From contig NC_043012.1 of the NCBI RefSeq assembly GCF_006345805.1, forward strand, positions 19,592,001 to 19,656,000: a DNA stretch of 64,000 bases. Direction: 5' to 3'. This stretch comes from Octopus sinensis. Its lineage: Eukaryota. The notes under the pieces were generated by a model. It was not told the DNA's origin, ran no database searches, and saw only the letters and a program-made list of their open reading frames with translations. Every line of letters starts with the position of its first letter. Positions within the stretch are counted from its first letter, which is position 1. This document shows positions 12,671-26,710 of this stretch, in pieces. A program made the translations under genes and the position numbers.

Positions 12671-14010
12671 ATATATTTATATGTATGTATATATATGTAT
12701 GCATGTATGTATGTATGTATGTATGTATGTATATACATATACGTTTATGAATTTAATTTCCAAGATATCTGTTGTAAAATCGCATGTTGAAACAAATATT
12801 GTATTATTTGGGAATGGTCCTTTTTTCTTTGCCAAATAAACATACGCACTATATATTCGTTCTTCAATCGTTTATTATGGTTGTTATTTTAATCTTACGC
12901 CCATTGTCTGGACATTTTCCGTCTCACATCTACGACCTCCTAAGTGACCCTTTCCAACCACGTGTATCCCCCTGCTCGGACTAGAATTGTATAATATAGA
13001 CTTATCATTACATAAATGGTAGTCTGAATATTTATACGCGGATGCCCCAAATTTTCAACATTGCTAGAAAGAAATCATCGTTAATGTACTATCAATGAAT
13101 CTCGCAATAAATGAAAACAATATTAGAAATATTTAACGACTCTTTTGTCTTTGAGACAGCGCTCCTTTTTCAACCGCCAGTAACTGCTCCAAACATTGCC
13201 AGAGTAGACTTAAAAATCAGAAAGAAACAAAATCAAGAATGATCTACTATTTATAATGCAATAAGAGCAATTTGCATTGATAGTGACTGCAGCAGAATAA
13301 CAAGGAAAATAAGAGATACTTTCCACAGAAATGCGCGCACACACACACATTCACACACTCACACACATATATTGACATTCGGTAGGTTAGGGAAATTATA
13401 TATAATGCGTTTGTGTATTTATAACGATGTTTTGCAAAAATCATCTGATTCAATGAAAATGTTCAGAGTCAGGAGAAAGTACTGAGATCTTGTTTATATG
13501 TATGGATGTAGATTTGCAATTTCATATATAAATATTGGATATAATAGATTATAAAATGATTTAATATACAAAAGACAATAAAATATCAGTAATATTGATT
13601 ATGAGTAACATTAATTTTCATTTTCATACAACCATCATTTAGATCTATTTAGAATTATTTGTAGAAATAGCAATATATAATTTATTTAGATATCAATCAC
13701 TTTAAGAGTACGGAAATCTCTTGTGTGTTGGCTTTCACTTTCGTTTTCGACAATTTTTAGATTTCAGGTCATTAAAACGCTTTTATCCTACCACATATTT
13801 ATACCAACACATGTTGCTCTGTCTCATACACATGTGTGCGCGCGCGTGTGCTTGTGTGTGTGTGTGTGTGTAGATATGTGTGTGTGTTTGGGTGTGTGTG
13901 TGTTTGGGTGTGTGTGCGTATACGTCTCACTATCTATCTATTTATGTTATATTAGCCACCAGTACACCCGCGCGCCCGCACCCCTTACACACACAAACAT
14001 ATTATGTGCG

Positions 14011-14090
<80 letters not shown>

Positions 14091-15106
14091 GTATATCAAT
14101 GAAACACTTTTCTGCCACTACATATTGCTCTATCTCTCTCTCACACACACACACCACACACTCATACACATATATCTATATATATATAATATATATATAT
14201 TATATATATACATGCATGTGAGTATACAGGATGTCACTAACGGTAAAATAACATGAAATACATAAAAAAAATGGTTAGCTACATAAACAACAAGATAAAT
14301 GAGAAACAGGACAAATAAATACAAAGAAATGACTCCTCCTCACTTGTCGGCTGTCAATCTACTCCTCATTTCGAGCATTCAATATGAGTCTTCAAAAGAC
14401 AGTTGCTCCAGTAAATTCTAAAATGAAATTAAGGATTTATAGAGGGTCAAAGTTGGGAATAAAAACAGGTTAGTGGAGACATCAAGGAAACTAAACGAAA
14501 ACAAACATGGAAGTTCGTTAAACCAGAATAAGAAGAAAATAGTGAACGGTGGGGGAGATATGTTTTGAAAAGAGAAACGATAGAAGCCCGTGCAGGAAAA
14601 GAAAAAATAGTCACGTGACGAAAAGAAAGATGGATAATGGTCACGTATGAGCAAAGAGAGATAGAAAGAAAAAGAAACTGTGGGGAGAGTGAGACATGGG
14701 TAGAAGACTGTGGAGGAGGGAGAAAGAGAAAAAGGAAATTAGAGAAGGAAAGTGGAACAGAAATGTGTAGAGTAGAGTCGCTTCAAAAAGGTGCAAATAA
14801 ACTTACTTGCAAATAGATGCGTCGTGTTCAAGTAAATAATAAATAATATATATATGGTAAATGAAAGACGGAAGAAGGAACATCGATCTCATCTGTTGAT
14901 ATATATATATATATGTAAATGTAATATGAGACAACTATTCGATAGCCATGATAAAACTCCGAGTTTCGGATGCCGGGGTGGAAATCCACGCCGCCATCTC
15001 TTGATTTATCTGGCTAACGTACACAATGCTATAGATAAATTCTTCTATTTATATAATATCGAAGTCTCTTTCATTCTTTTGTTGTTTTACCTTTTTATCA
15101 TATATA

Positions 15107-15205
<99 letters not shown>

Positions 15206-15269
15206 TATTATATATATATATTATATATATATATATAATATATATATATATATAATAGTGTATGATTAA

Positions 15270-15840
15270 ATTATAGAAGGAAATAGATACATACATTTAC
15301 CCAAAATCATACTTATTATAATATATACATGCACTGAACCTATATAAAGTGTATTATTATTCATTACGATCATATATTCCTTATATAGCCAAATACTTCT
15401 CACATACGTACATAAGCATTCCAATCTATAATTATTACACAGAATTAATCTTATATACCATCCCTCCATATCGTTCATATATTATATATCATTAACTTTA
15501 TATGTATATATATATTTTAGAACTATGTACTTTTGGGTTTCTTCACATAATAACCTATATTTACACCAAAAACACCACTATAGTTTTCATGCATTTTTTT
15601 TAAAAACTAAAATGGAAGTGTATGTACAACAATATAGGCTCTCTGTATATAATAGTATCTGCCTACTATTTAGTATTTGAGGTACACATTTGTATAATCG
15701 TATTTTTCGGTGTATTATTACATCAGTGTCCATTATTGTCCATTCATTCCCTCTATATTTATAAACATACAAGTACTTATAGTAAAGTATTACTGTATGA
15801 TTTTCATGTACAAAACCGTAATTTATATATATATATATAG

Positions 15841-15872
<32 letters not shown>

Positions 15873-15938
15873 GTCACACCCTCTCTTTCTCCTAAGTACT
15901 CGGCACGAAAAATAGTTTTGACATATCATATATCTATA

Positions 15939-15995
<57 letters not shown>

Positions 15996-16750
15996 ATATA
16001 TATATATATATACTATATATATATATATATATATATATACATTTGTAGCATTATCCATATATATTCATTAAATTTCTGATTAACGTCTCTTTTTCATTCA
16101 TTTTCCCCTCTTTTAACATTCACTTTTCTCCAACATCTCCAAAATACTCAATACTTATTCTTATTTATCTTCCCTTTCGTTTTCTTTTCCCCCTCTCTAA
16201 TTTATAACATTATTTCTTCTATATTTTTCTTACTACATCTCCTAAATTGTTTTGTTTTTTACTTTTCTTAACAGTTGACTATGTAAGTAGAATACAACCA
16301 TAATCTTCATAATTGTTATCATATTTTTCCTAATTTTCTCCTTTTTTATTATCACTTGAAATTGCCCTAAACACGAGTCCTTAGTATTCCACTTCATTCT
16401 GTCAAATTCCTTCTTCTCCTCCTACACTTTTGATCACTGACTACATAAACTTCCTACTATAGCATTATAAACCTAATTCTTCAACGCTAAACATTTTTTC
16501 ATCTTTTTATGATTATTCTTATAAAATACCAAGTATTGGTTTCTACAGTTAGATTTAATTTACATTAGTTACCGCTTTCTCATTGGACATTTCTCTACAT
16601 CGCCCTATACTTCATAAATGGAGTTATAATTAGCCAAACTATAATAATCTTTAGAGAGAATATTATCGATATTTCTTTATTTATATAATCCCCTAAACAT
16701 TCTTCCGTTAGTTGTGGTTTAATAATTGGCATGACCCCTACCACAATTAC
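15270..16750 (-). mobile_element. Highly decayed I/Jockey-like LINE split by (AT)n tracts
   Basis: Remnants on the minus strand include QNEVEY*GLVFR and RGNEWTIMDTDVIIH...PQILNSRQILLYTE, consistent with RT C-terminal motifs. Confidence 0.35.
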
Positions 16751-17944
16751 ACAGGGATAGGATAAATATAGACATGAAACTCATAGGTCCAATACATCTG
16801 CTCTTTTTTGAGTTCTTTTTTTTTCTGCACTGATAAGTATTTTGCTATTTTCAAAAAGGAATTTATATCTTTGTACTAAACGATCGTATGCAAGAATAAA
16901 TTTTTCACGGCTTTTTAGCATCATATATCTGCCATTTTTGACATATTATGAGATTTGTAGAATGTGTGTCTCATGGAACGGTATCCTTAGGATATATCTG
17001 CATCTCAGTTATCTTTTCTTTCCTGCTTTATGCTACTCATGTCTGTTTAACGTAAAATTAGATATTTTACTAAATTAATTCTGTAACTTTTAACTCTATC
17101 GTCCTTGTTTCTATAATTTTCTTTGAAATCAACTTCAAATATTAAATTATAAGCTTAGTCTCAGTAAAACTTATTCAGATTATAGAAAGCTAAATCTACA
17201 TTAACGATATCAGCAAATCAGTGTGTTTGCTCTATTTTACTTGTGTTGCTACGCTGTGAGGAAATTCGTGAAAATTGTAACGCTATATATTGCAGCCTAT
17301 CATGATTCAATTTGTTTTCAAAATACATAATCTTTGATTTTTTTCGAAATGTTATTGTGGTTTTTCCCAGTCATGCATATCTACACAGATATGTGTTACA
17401 CCAGAGAATACGGAATTCAGTGATCGACATATTAGACTAATTTAGGTAAATTTAGGTCCCCAGTAGCATTAATTGCGTTATCTCAAAAGCTGGAGATATA
17501 AGAAGCAAATGAAGGTCATATCCTTATTTAATGGTTTGAAAATACTGAGAATCGATTCTAAAATCTCAGGCACATTATATTTATTTCTAAATTATTCCCC
17601 AGTGAAAAAGTTAATCCAGTGATAACCATTCATTACTTTTGTCGGATATTACATATTTTATAAACTATCGTATACATCGCCCCACGTACACGTTTGTAAT
17701 ATTCAAATTCCAGAGATTTCTGCTACTATATTTAGTTGCTCCTCCAATCGTCTTTGTGTTTCCTTTGTCCAACCAAAATTTATCCGCTCTTCCGATAAAA
17801 TTAACTTTAGGTTCGCCAAACTCGCAGGTAAAGATGTGGTTACGTAGCCGAATTTGCACCTTCATCGCTCTGGTATTCTTTTTTACAGAATATGCTTAGC
17901 CGTTCCGCTAGCGATCTGCACTTAGTACGAACATAAATCTCTGG

Positions 17945-18830
17945 CCTGAGAAGCGTAGAAGCGTGTTTGACTGGATCAATAAAATTTAAAATGGCCGAAA
18001 AAAATCATGAGCAAGATTCCCATTACCCTCCAAATTTGACGTGAAGATTAAAAAAAACTCGTGAGATTGCTCTGATGCACCGATGAGTGACCATCTATGA
18101 CGTAACATGTTCTCTGCAAATTACTCATGATTCTGCACACGCAATCATCCACAAAAAGCTTCGCTTCCGTAAAGGCTGTATGACATATGTGCCAAGAGAG
18201 GTTAGCGAAGCGCATAAGTGCGATCGTATTGAATTTAGTCAATATTTTCTCGACGAAAAACAATGAAGGCGAATCTATTTTACAGCATACGAAAACTCGG
18301 TCCATCCCTTTGAGCCAGTATCCAAGCGACAAAGTATGGTGCGGGAAGATCCTAAATTCCCAGCGAAACTTAAATTTAAGACACGACTCAGCGCAGAAAA
18401 AGGGATGCTAGCCAATATTCGGGAAGCAAAAGGGCCTAAACTGGACCACTATCTGGAAAAAAGGTTTACATTCACCTGTGAAATACTGGCCAGCAAACTA
18501 AAATCAGCAAATCGCACCAAACGCTGGGGTCCACTGTCAAATCACGTGTTAATGTTGCTCGAAAATGCACCCCGATATACGATAGTTCGGACCACTGAAA
18601 CCATTAAAAAACTGTTTCGAGTAGCTGGGACACCCTGCATGCAGATCATATTTCACCTCTTCTGAGTAACACTTCTTTGGCATTCTCAAATATCCTATAC
18701 TAGGCCATCGATTTGGTACAATGAAGCTCATGAAACTGTGTATAAATGTCTGTGCAACCAGTCAAAACCTTCTCCGATAGATTAATCAAGGTTTTGGACC
18801 ACTCGAAGTAACTGTTGATGACTAGGGTAA
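17945..18830 (+). mobile_element. Decayed mariner transposase remnant
   Basis: HAIIHKKLRFRK..YVPREL, HPFEPVSKRQSM, LMLLENAP, and HPACRSYFTSSE*HFFGIL (degenerate HPxYSPDLAPSDxHLFGxL). Confidence 0.85.
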
Positions 18831-18904
18831 ACGTGACCAACTAACCTTCTCCTTCAAAAATCCGAGGCTTTTGTTCATAGGTGAAACAAATTATTAGTTT
18901 TGAA

Positions 18905-19112
18905 TTTTGCCACAGGGCCATTAAATTCGTAGAATGGGGTTTAGTTAATTTCATTGGTTCCAGTTATCGACCGGTACTTATTTTATCGACCTCGAATGGA
19001 TGAGAAGTAAAGTCGAATTCGGTGGAATTTGAAATCAGAACGTTAACAGGGACGAAATGCCACTAAACATTTTGTCCAGAATTCTAACGATTCTGCACGC
19101 TGACCGCCTTAA
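18905..19112 (-). mobile_element. SINE family B, single module, diverged; a further + strand remnant follows at about 19140-19260
   Basis: Reverse complement of the head, B-box (GGAATTTGAAATCAGAACG on +) and central domain. Confidence 0.75.
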
Positions 19113-19659
19113 AGGAGAAACAAAATATTAGTCAAACAGCTGTCAGAACGTTGGCGAAGAACAAAATATTAGCGGTATTATTGACTATTTACGATTTCAG
19201 TTCAAAAGCACCGAGGTCAAATTTGGCGTTTATCGTTTTACATTCGGGAAGGTAAAGTACAATGCAGAACTAGGGTTGACGTAAACGACTAGCCTATTGC
19301 GATTAGTATTGCTGGAATTGTGCCTAATGGTAACAGTGATTCTGAAAGAAGGCTATACTTGATATAAAACTGAAAACTTCCAGCTTAAAGCAGATATTCA
19401 TACCTTCCTCTTCCCGGTTATATAAAATCAATTTAAGATACCCGTATTTTTTAGGCATAGTGAATAATTACTTAAGTATATCAGAATCAATAACACGGTT
19501 TAGGTTTTACTATGCAGTACAAATTGTGTCATGGGCAAACGCATCAAGACATGAAGGTGTATCTGCTTATTCTATATTTCAAATATCAGGAGTGTCTCGA
19601 GGCATAAACATGTGCATGTGTATACATACACGCATTGATACACACACACACAATGACGT

Positions 19660-19661
19660 AG

Positions 19662-19694
<33 letters not shown>

Positions 19695-19707
19695 TATATA
19701 GATAGAT

Positions 19708-19786
<79 letters not shown>

Positions 19787-19790
19787 TAAT
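19660..19790. repeat. (AT)n-(GA)n-(GATA)n microsatellite
   Basis: Directly visible. Confidence 0.97.
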
Positions 19791-20156
19791 ACGATTTTAT
19801 TGGTTTTGACATTGAGATGTCAGTTGTTCCATCATGTAAACTTCGGCTGTTTATTGAATTTTCGTATCAAGAGTTGAACGTTCCTGAAGCAATTTTAGCG
19901 TTATTGTTACTTGCATTGGGCATCGGGGTAACATAATAAGCAATGAGGCCGTGTGGTCATTTGAATTATAGTTATAATCCATTTGACGAATTATTATACT
20001 GCTTCATTGCACACAAGTGTAATCGAGGTGTTTCCATTGCTTCCAAATTACTGTAGTTGACGCGTAATATTTGCAATTGCGACTCGAATTCTTTACTATT
20101 CAAGTATGCCCCTTACACATACACATAACACAAAGATACACACACTTATATTATTG

Positions 20157-20199
<43 letters not shown>

Positions 20200-20201
<2 letters not shown>

Positions 20202-20480
20202 GGGTGCAACAAAATGATCTGACATATTTGTAGGTTTAATAAAAGAAAAATAGAGTTGAAAACGGAAAAGTGTTTTCATTTCCGAAATGTACATATAATG
20301 CCTTTTTTGTTTCGTTTGGTTTCAAAATTAAATCAGTGACGTGGGTGCCGTTACTCTCTACACACTGTCGAATGCGTACACGAAAGTTGTCCATAACTCA
20401 ACATGTCATTTCATGTGGAATGGCAGTAATTTCTTGACCAATGGCATCTTTTAATTGTTTAATAGGCTAAGAACGTTGAG
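20200..20480 (-). mobile_element. 3' fragment of a DD41D (rosa-type) element related to 52740-54005
   Basis: Begins CAGGGTGCAACAAAATGATCTGACATATTTGTAGGTTTAATAAAAG, a variant of the same TIR. It shares GTCATTTCATGTGGAATGGCAGTAATTTCTTGAC with the intact copy. Confidence 0.85.
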
Positions 20481-20489
20481 TATATTCAG

Positions 20490-21110
20490 GTGAATCGTCA
20501 GTAGGCTGAAATTTGCACTTCATGGTTGAGTGGAATTTTGATATTTTGAGGCGGCGAGTGTCAAGGATGATGCCATCAAAGTGGTACCTGATATGAAGAC
20601 CGTGTTCTTCGGTGAATTGTCTCCTGGAAAGAATGGCTACAACCAGCAGGTGAATATTAAACAGTACAGGTGCGGGGGCGTGTATTTGCTTCCACTAGGA
20701 TATTAAAAGGTTACATAGCTTCACCGCCGAGTGTAACTCTCGCTGAAATACCATCACGAAACTTCTGGCTGATCGAAGGAAATGTTTGTGCCATGTCTAT
20801 AATATATATATGTATATATGTGTGTATGTATATATGTACATGTATGTTCATGTATATATATTTGTACACATATACACATGTGTATGCACATGCATAACAT
20901 TATTTTCCTCCGTGATTAGGTATGAATTAAATACGTTTACAGTTGAGATTCGGCACACGTTGGTTTCAGGATGGCGAGCTAGCGGAGTCTTTACCGCACC
21001 GGACAAAATGCTGAGAAGTATTTTGTCCGTCGTTACCTTCCGTGTTGAAATTCCTGCGAAGACGTTCTTACCTTTCATTTGTTTGATGAGCGGTCGATAA
21101 AAGAAATAAC
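20490..21110 (-). mobile_element. RTE-clade LINE reverse transcriptase fragment, split by a microsatellite
   Basis: QKFRDGISARVTLGGE, KQIHAPAPVLFNIH and GLHIRYHFDGIILDTRRLK correspond to the RTE motifs FHDGM.ARV, VKQGCVLAPxLFNI and GxxIRYRxDGxLFNLRRL. Confidence 0.7.
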
Positions 21111-22009
21111 ATTTAAGTATTTGGATCGATGTTATCGACTTATCATCTCCCACAAAATTGCTGGTTTTGTGCTAAAATTCTAAACCAATATAAACGAAGC
21201 TTAACACAGCTATTTTCGTTTCAAATTTCAATGTGCGCACGCAGCTGCCTCATACATTTTTAATATGGTGTACTTTGAGCGTCGAAATAAAATACTCCCA
21301 GTAAAAGAGAATTCGATAATGCCATAAACGTGTGTACTGCAATGTAAAATCGTGTTAATTATCAGTAAAACATTATGCTAAATTCTATGCATGTTTAAAA
21401 TCCATCTCCATACACGGTGTGTCTAACTGAACAGAGGTATTGATTTTTGAACATAGTCAATGTTTTAATTCGAGATACTTAATAACCATTGTCGGAATAT
21501 GTATTAATGTTCCTAACGTATTGAAGAATGCGTTAAACTCTCTTAATACACACCTTTCTATAAATATTTTGAGCTAGCAGGCAAACCATTTGGTATTAAC
21601 CGCAATTTTCTCTCTATTTTGTGAAATTCGTTTAATTATAATTATACATAATGATTTGAATATTTTACACTTCAAAGAAATGATATTTTTATATACATTC
21701 TCATGCTGAGTGAGATGCGCTGTATGTGCAATTACGATCTACTCCTTCTCTATTTAGCTCCACAATTTACTCACACAGTTAATATTCTTGGCATAACTAT
21801 GATTCTAAAAATAAAGGATCTCCCTTGCTAAAAATATTAGAGATATTGGTTTTACTTGAAGCAATTTATCTGCCTCATGTATTACTCTGACTCTGTTGGT
21901 TAGCCCCAGAGCAGAATAATTCCAAAAGTAATACGTTCAAATGTATACCGTCGATCGTTTGTTTCAGAAGTATATATAGGATTAAGGCATTATTTCTACT
22001 ATAGGTACA

Positions 22010-22377
22010 GTCTGAAATTTTGCGGGGGAGGACCAGTCGACACTAGTACACAGCTGGTACTTAATTTATCCACCCTGAAAGGATGAAGATCATAGTGGAA
22101 TTCGGCGGAATTTGATCTCAGAACGTAAAGACAGACAAAATACCTATTTCTTTATTACCCACAAAGGGTTAAACACAGAGCGGATAAAAAAAGGACAGAC
22201 ATAGGTATTAAGTCGATTACATCGACCCCAGTGCGTAACTGGTACTTAATTTATCGACCCCGAAAGGATGAAAGGCAAAGTCGACCACGGCGGAATTTGA
22301 ACTCACAACGTAACGCAGACGAAATACGGCTACGAATTTCGCCCGGCGTGCTAACGTTTCTGCCAACTTGCCGACTT
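22010..22377 (-). mobile_element. SINE family B, two modules
   Basis: B-box reverse complements (GGAATTTGA) at 22107 and 22292. Head at about 22330-22377. Confidence 0.9.
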
Positions 22378-23667
22378 CTATTTAGGACGAAGACATCAAA
22401 TGCGCGTCTGTTGTTTTAGACTTTGTGACTGATTTAAATGAGGTTTTAATGTTACTGCTTTTTCGACGTTATTCTGAAAGAAATTTAAGTAGAAAATGAC
22501 CCTCAAAAAATTCCTCCAAGTACCAAACAAACAACCAACACCTTCATACATCTTGGCCAACAACAGTTCATTGCTGGAGTGATGTCTTGAAACATGACTT
22601 AAAATACCTCTTCCACGTTTGAACTTTTTTCTTTCAACACCTCGAATGTAAAATCTCTTCCTTTAAGACGGAGGCGTCAAAGGTGGAATCAATCTACAAA
22701 TATCATTTTGGACCACTGATACCCCTGCAACAGCTGTTGGATTTGTACTATTTTCTTCAATCCCTTTCATTCTCGAGATCCTTTCTATTCTGTGTAAGTC
22801 ATGCCTTTTTGTATGAAAACATACATTCATTCTTTGCATTTCATGTATTTGATATACTTTATATATTGACCAATATAACATGCTTATCCCTAGATTTACT
22901 TCTTCGCATGTATATATATATATATATTTATATGCATATGCGCGCACACACACATACACACACACACACACACGAAAGCGCGCACACGCATACACATATT
23001 TTATGTAAAGTCACACATACACAGATATATACAAACATGAGTTCCTACACACACGCACACACATACGTATCTACATATACATGTACTTAGCTATATTTTT
23101 ATATGGACACGCGTCAGTAAGTGTTCGCTAAGGTACATATGTGTCTTGTGGCACACATACACCCATACAAGCTTCGTAGTTGTTGAGTTGGACACAAAGA
23201 CACCCTTCCAGGTTACATGTATAATTCGACACTAATTCCAATACGTTTTGTACAAGTTGGCATTACATAGTTAGAACGTATTGCTTGGATAAACAGTCGA
23301 TATATGCGTTGTCCGTTCATACGAGTTAATAGAATACAACGTTCTATAATTTATAACATATACCATACAGTATATAACATATAACACATCAATCACAGTA
23401 TAGCATGATTGTTGCTGCGTGTTGTCCCAGAGTATTGCTTTGGAGGCGAAAAAAAAAAGGAAGCACCAATGTACTCACAGCAACGATGCCTTCTAACTTA
23501 TACTTAGTAATAAATTTGGGCATTATTAATGTATCGCATAATGAAAATTTATCGGAGGTATATTTTAATAATAAACGTTCATCGTTCGTAAAAGTCTTGG
23601 AATGAACCATGTTGTATTTATTTTATAGAACACCACAGAGTGACAAGCAAAATATCCGTTTCAAATA

Positions 23668-24206
23668 TCGGCGAAAGTACATTAAGACCAGTGATCAACT
23701 GGCGCTTATTTTATCGACGTTGAATGAATGTACGGCTAAGTCAGACTCAGCGGAATTAGAAATCAGAATGCCAGGACGGACGAAATACCTATTTCTTTAC
23801 TACCCACAAGGGGCTAAACACAGAGAGGACAAACAAGGACAAACAAACGGATTAAGTCAATTATATCGACTCCAGTGCGTAATTGGTAATTATTTTATCG
23901 ACCCCGTGAGGATGAAAGGTAAAGTCAACCTCGGCGGAATTTGAACTCAGAACGTAGCGGGAGACGAAATACTTATTTCTTTACTACCCACAAGGGGCTA
24001 ATCACAGAGAGGACAAACAAGGACAGACAAACGTATTAAGTCGATTATATCGACCCCAGTGCGGAACTGGTACTTATTTAATTGACCACGAAAAGATGGA
24101 AGGCAAAGTCGACCTCGGCGGAATTTGAACTCAGAACGTAGCCGCAGACGAAATACCGCTAAGCATTTATCCGGCGTGCTAACGATTCTGCCAGCTCAAC
24201 GCTTTA
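23668..24206 (-). mobile_element. SINE family B, three modules
   Basis: GGAATT anchors at 23752, 23936 and 24120 (period 184). Head at about 24155-24206. Confidence 0.9.
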
Positions 24207-24244
24207 GTAATATGCAAAATACTAGCTTCAAAAACATTAGCACG

Positions 24245-24430
24245 AGGCCCGCAATTTTGGGTGAGTTAGGTTAATTGATTACAATGATACCCTTACTTAT
24301 TTGATAATTCTTTTATCGACCAAGCGAGATTAAATGGAAGACTCACCTCAACGGAATTTCAGTTCGAAACGTAAAACTCGAGGAATTGAAGCGAAGTATT
24401 TTGTCCGGATTGCTCAAGATTCCGCTACCT
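24245..24430 (-). mobile_element. SINE family B, old diverged monomer
   Basis: Degenerate central domain and B-box (ACGGAATTTCAGTTCGAAACG on +). Confidence 0.55.
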
Positions 24431-24825
24431 CACTGCATCTCTTAATATGCAAAATGTTACAATTACAATGAGTGGAAATGGGCAAGAACTCACATAGACA
24501 TTCGGGCACGCGCATACACATACACACACACAAACACACTCACACATTTCCAAACACGCACACATACAAAATATATGTACACATACTTTGTATATACCGG
24601 AAGATAAAGAGAGAAAAATTATTCGCAATGCATAATAAATCACTAAAATTACTGATTGTATATGCGAGTGTGTATGTGAGTGTGTGTGTGTGTGTATGTG
24701 TGTGTATGTGTGTGTGTGTGTGTGTGTTTGTATCGCTCTTGATCCCTCTTACTGTCTCTCTATAAACATACATATATGTGCGTGGGTGAGTGTGTGTGTC
24801 TATATATATATATATTATATATATA

Positions 24826-24857
<32 letters not shown>

Positions 24858-25767
24858 GTACATATATGAAGAATGTGAGTAAGTGAGAGAGAGAGAGAGA
24901 GAGAGAGAGTGTGGGGGCAAGTTATTCATGCGTATATACGAATTTCGCCATTATATATACATGTATATATACAGGCATATATATGTAGCGCTTTCTTTAA
25001 GTATTCGTCGTTAAATATACACGTTATTTTATTTTCATGAAGATGTTAATGTATTCAGAAGAAATCAGCTACATTCAGACACACTTGTTTCGTTATTGTA
25101 AATTTTGTTATTAGTCAACGTAGAAAAAAGTAACGTTTATTTGCATATTTTATAATGGAAATGAAATTATACTGTACTGGTTAAAGCTAATATATATGCA
25201 ACATGCTGGAAGTAAGAATAATGCTGGTGATTTGGTATGCCCTGCTGCCTAAAATAGCATAGTTACGCATTTTACGACTACGAAATGAAGAGTTATCTTC
25301 TCTAGTATTTGATTCTATTAAGAGTTAAATTATATATGTACTTGTGTATATATATATATATATATATACGTATCGATACTTCACATAAAATCATATATGA
25401 AGGATTTTTCATTGATACGAATACATACGCATTAAGATGTTTATGCGTGTCTATATGCGTTTGCATATATCATAATATTTGGTGAAATATTTCATGTTTC
25501 TTATCTAAATTATTTATTCTCTTACATTAACAGAAGGCTGTATTTAATCTGAAGCTGAAATTAGAATATATTAATGTGTATGAATGTGCCATAGGCTTGA
25601 CCTTTCATCATGCATACAAATTCGCATTTTTATTATATTGATACACCAATCTCTATATTTCCACATAAGTTTATATGATTATTCTCTATTTTCAAATCGT
25701 AAATTATTAATATTTAGAATATGCAATCTTGGTTCTTTTTCAAGCTTATATCTTTTATCTTTTTCGT

Positions 25768-26075
25768 TTTGTTTCTATCACGAGACTGCGGCCATTACTT
25801 GGGCGCCGTCTTGGAGAATTATAGCCTAACTATTCAAACCCAGTGCATCAATTTTTAAAGGCTGGCAATTATTCTATCGGACACACTTGCAGGACCACTA
25901 AGTTAATGTTCTCAAGAGGTAGTGGGGGACCAAACACAGACAGGAAGACACTTACACACACAAGCGTAAAATCGGGATTCTTACAATTTCCGTCGATCAA
26001 GTCCACTCGACGCTATCGTTAAAGATACTTACCCAAAATTCACGCATTGGGACTGAATCTGGAATCATATGTTTA
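25768..26075 (-). mobile_element. Diverged SINE family A copy
   Basis: Reverse complement of the tail (GACTGCGGCCAT...GGCGCCG) and of the head (TACTTACCCAAAATTCACGCATTGGGACTGAATCTGGAATCATATG). Confidence 0.6.
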
Positions 26076-26450
26076 GGGTTAAACAACTTTAACAAAGAAA
26101 ATATGTTATATCTCAATAATTCACATAGCATAATATTGTATGTAATTAGTATTTTCTTAGCGAAAACCCTGTAATATGAAGAACCGTTAACTTTATACAA
26201 ATTTATATATGCATATACGCCTCTTCTTGTACAGCATTTAGATTGTACCAATTTAGTTAGTAATGCGAAAGTCTGCAAATTGCAGGGAATCTTATATATT
26301 TTGTGGAAATGACAGACTCGTGACAGATTAGCGTAAGATTCAATAGATTATATTCTTGTTATGAAGTTTCGATTACTTTTTGAGACACTGTTCATCCCCA
26401 TATTTATTTATTTTTTTTAAGCATACACTCTATACCTACAATTACAATTG

Positions 26451-26710
26451 GGGGAACAACGAAAATCCTGGCTGATGACAGTCAAGGCTGAGGACAACGA
26501 AAAACCTGGCTGATGACACTCAAGGCTGATCTGGAACCCAACCTAGGCCCCCATATCTAGGGCGTTTGCCGCTGGAATAAAGAGTGTTTGGAGATCACGC
26601 GGTCGTTAGCCTCAAATCGCCAAGCCTGGTCGGCGTTTGTGAGAGATGAATCATTGAGGATGAATGAACCCAGCTCAACCGGGTGAATGATGTAAGAAGA
26701 AAGAAGAAGA
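26451..26710 (+). mobile_element. Short RTE-clade LINE 3' end with (AAG)n tail
   Basis: GQRKTWLMTLKADLEPNLGPHI*GVCRWNKECLEITRSLASNRQAWSAFVRD...G* followed by an AAG-repeat tail. Confidence 0.75.

Noticed and set aside
14801-15030. GC-rich patch with AGATGGCGGCG (YY1-like or start-like) and a minus-strand GTAAGT donor at 14801-14806
   Set aside because: The ATG frame closes after about 20 codons and no linked coding exon was found. It cannot be supported as a promoter or first exon from sequence alone.
23668-24206. CRISPR-like or retrozyme-like regularly spaced repeats
   Set aside because: The units are contiguous 184-bp SINE modules without unique spacers, and no hammerhead core (CTGANGA...GAAA) is present in the module.
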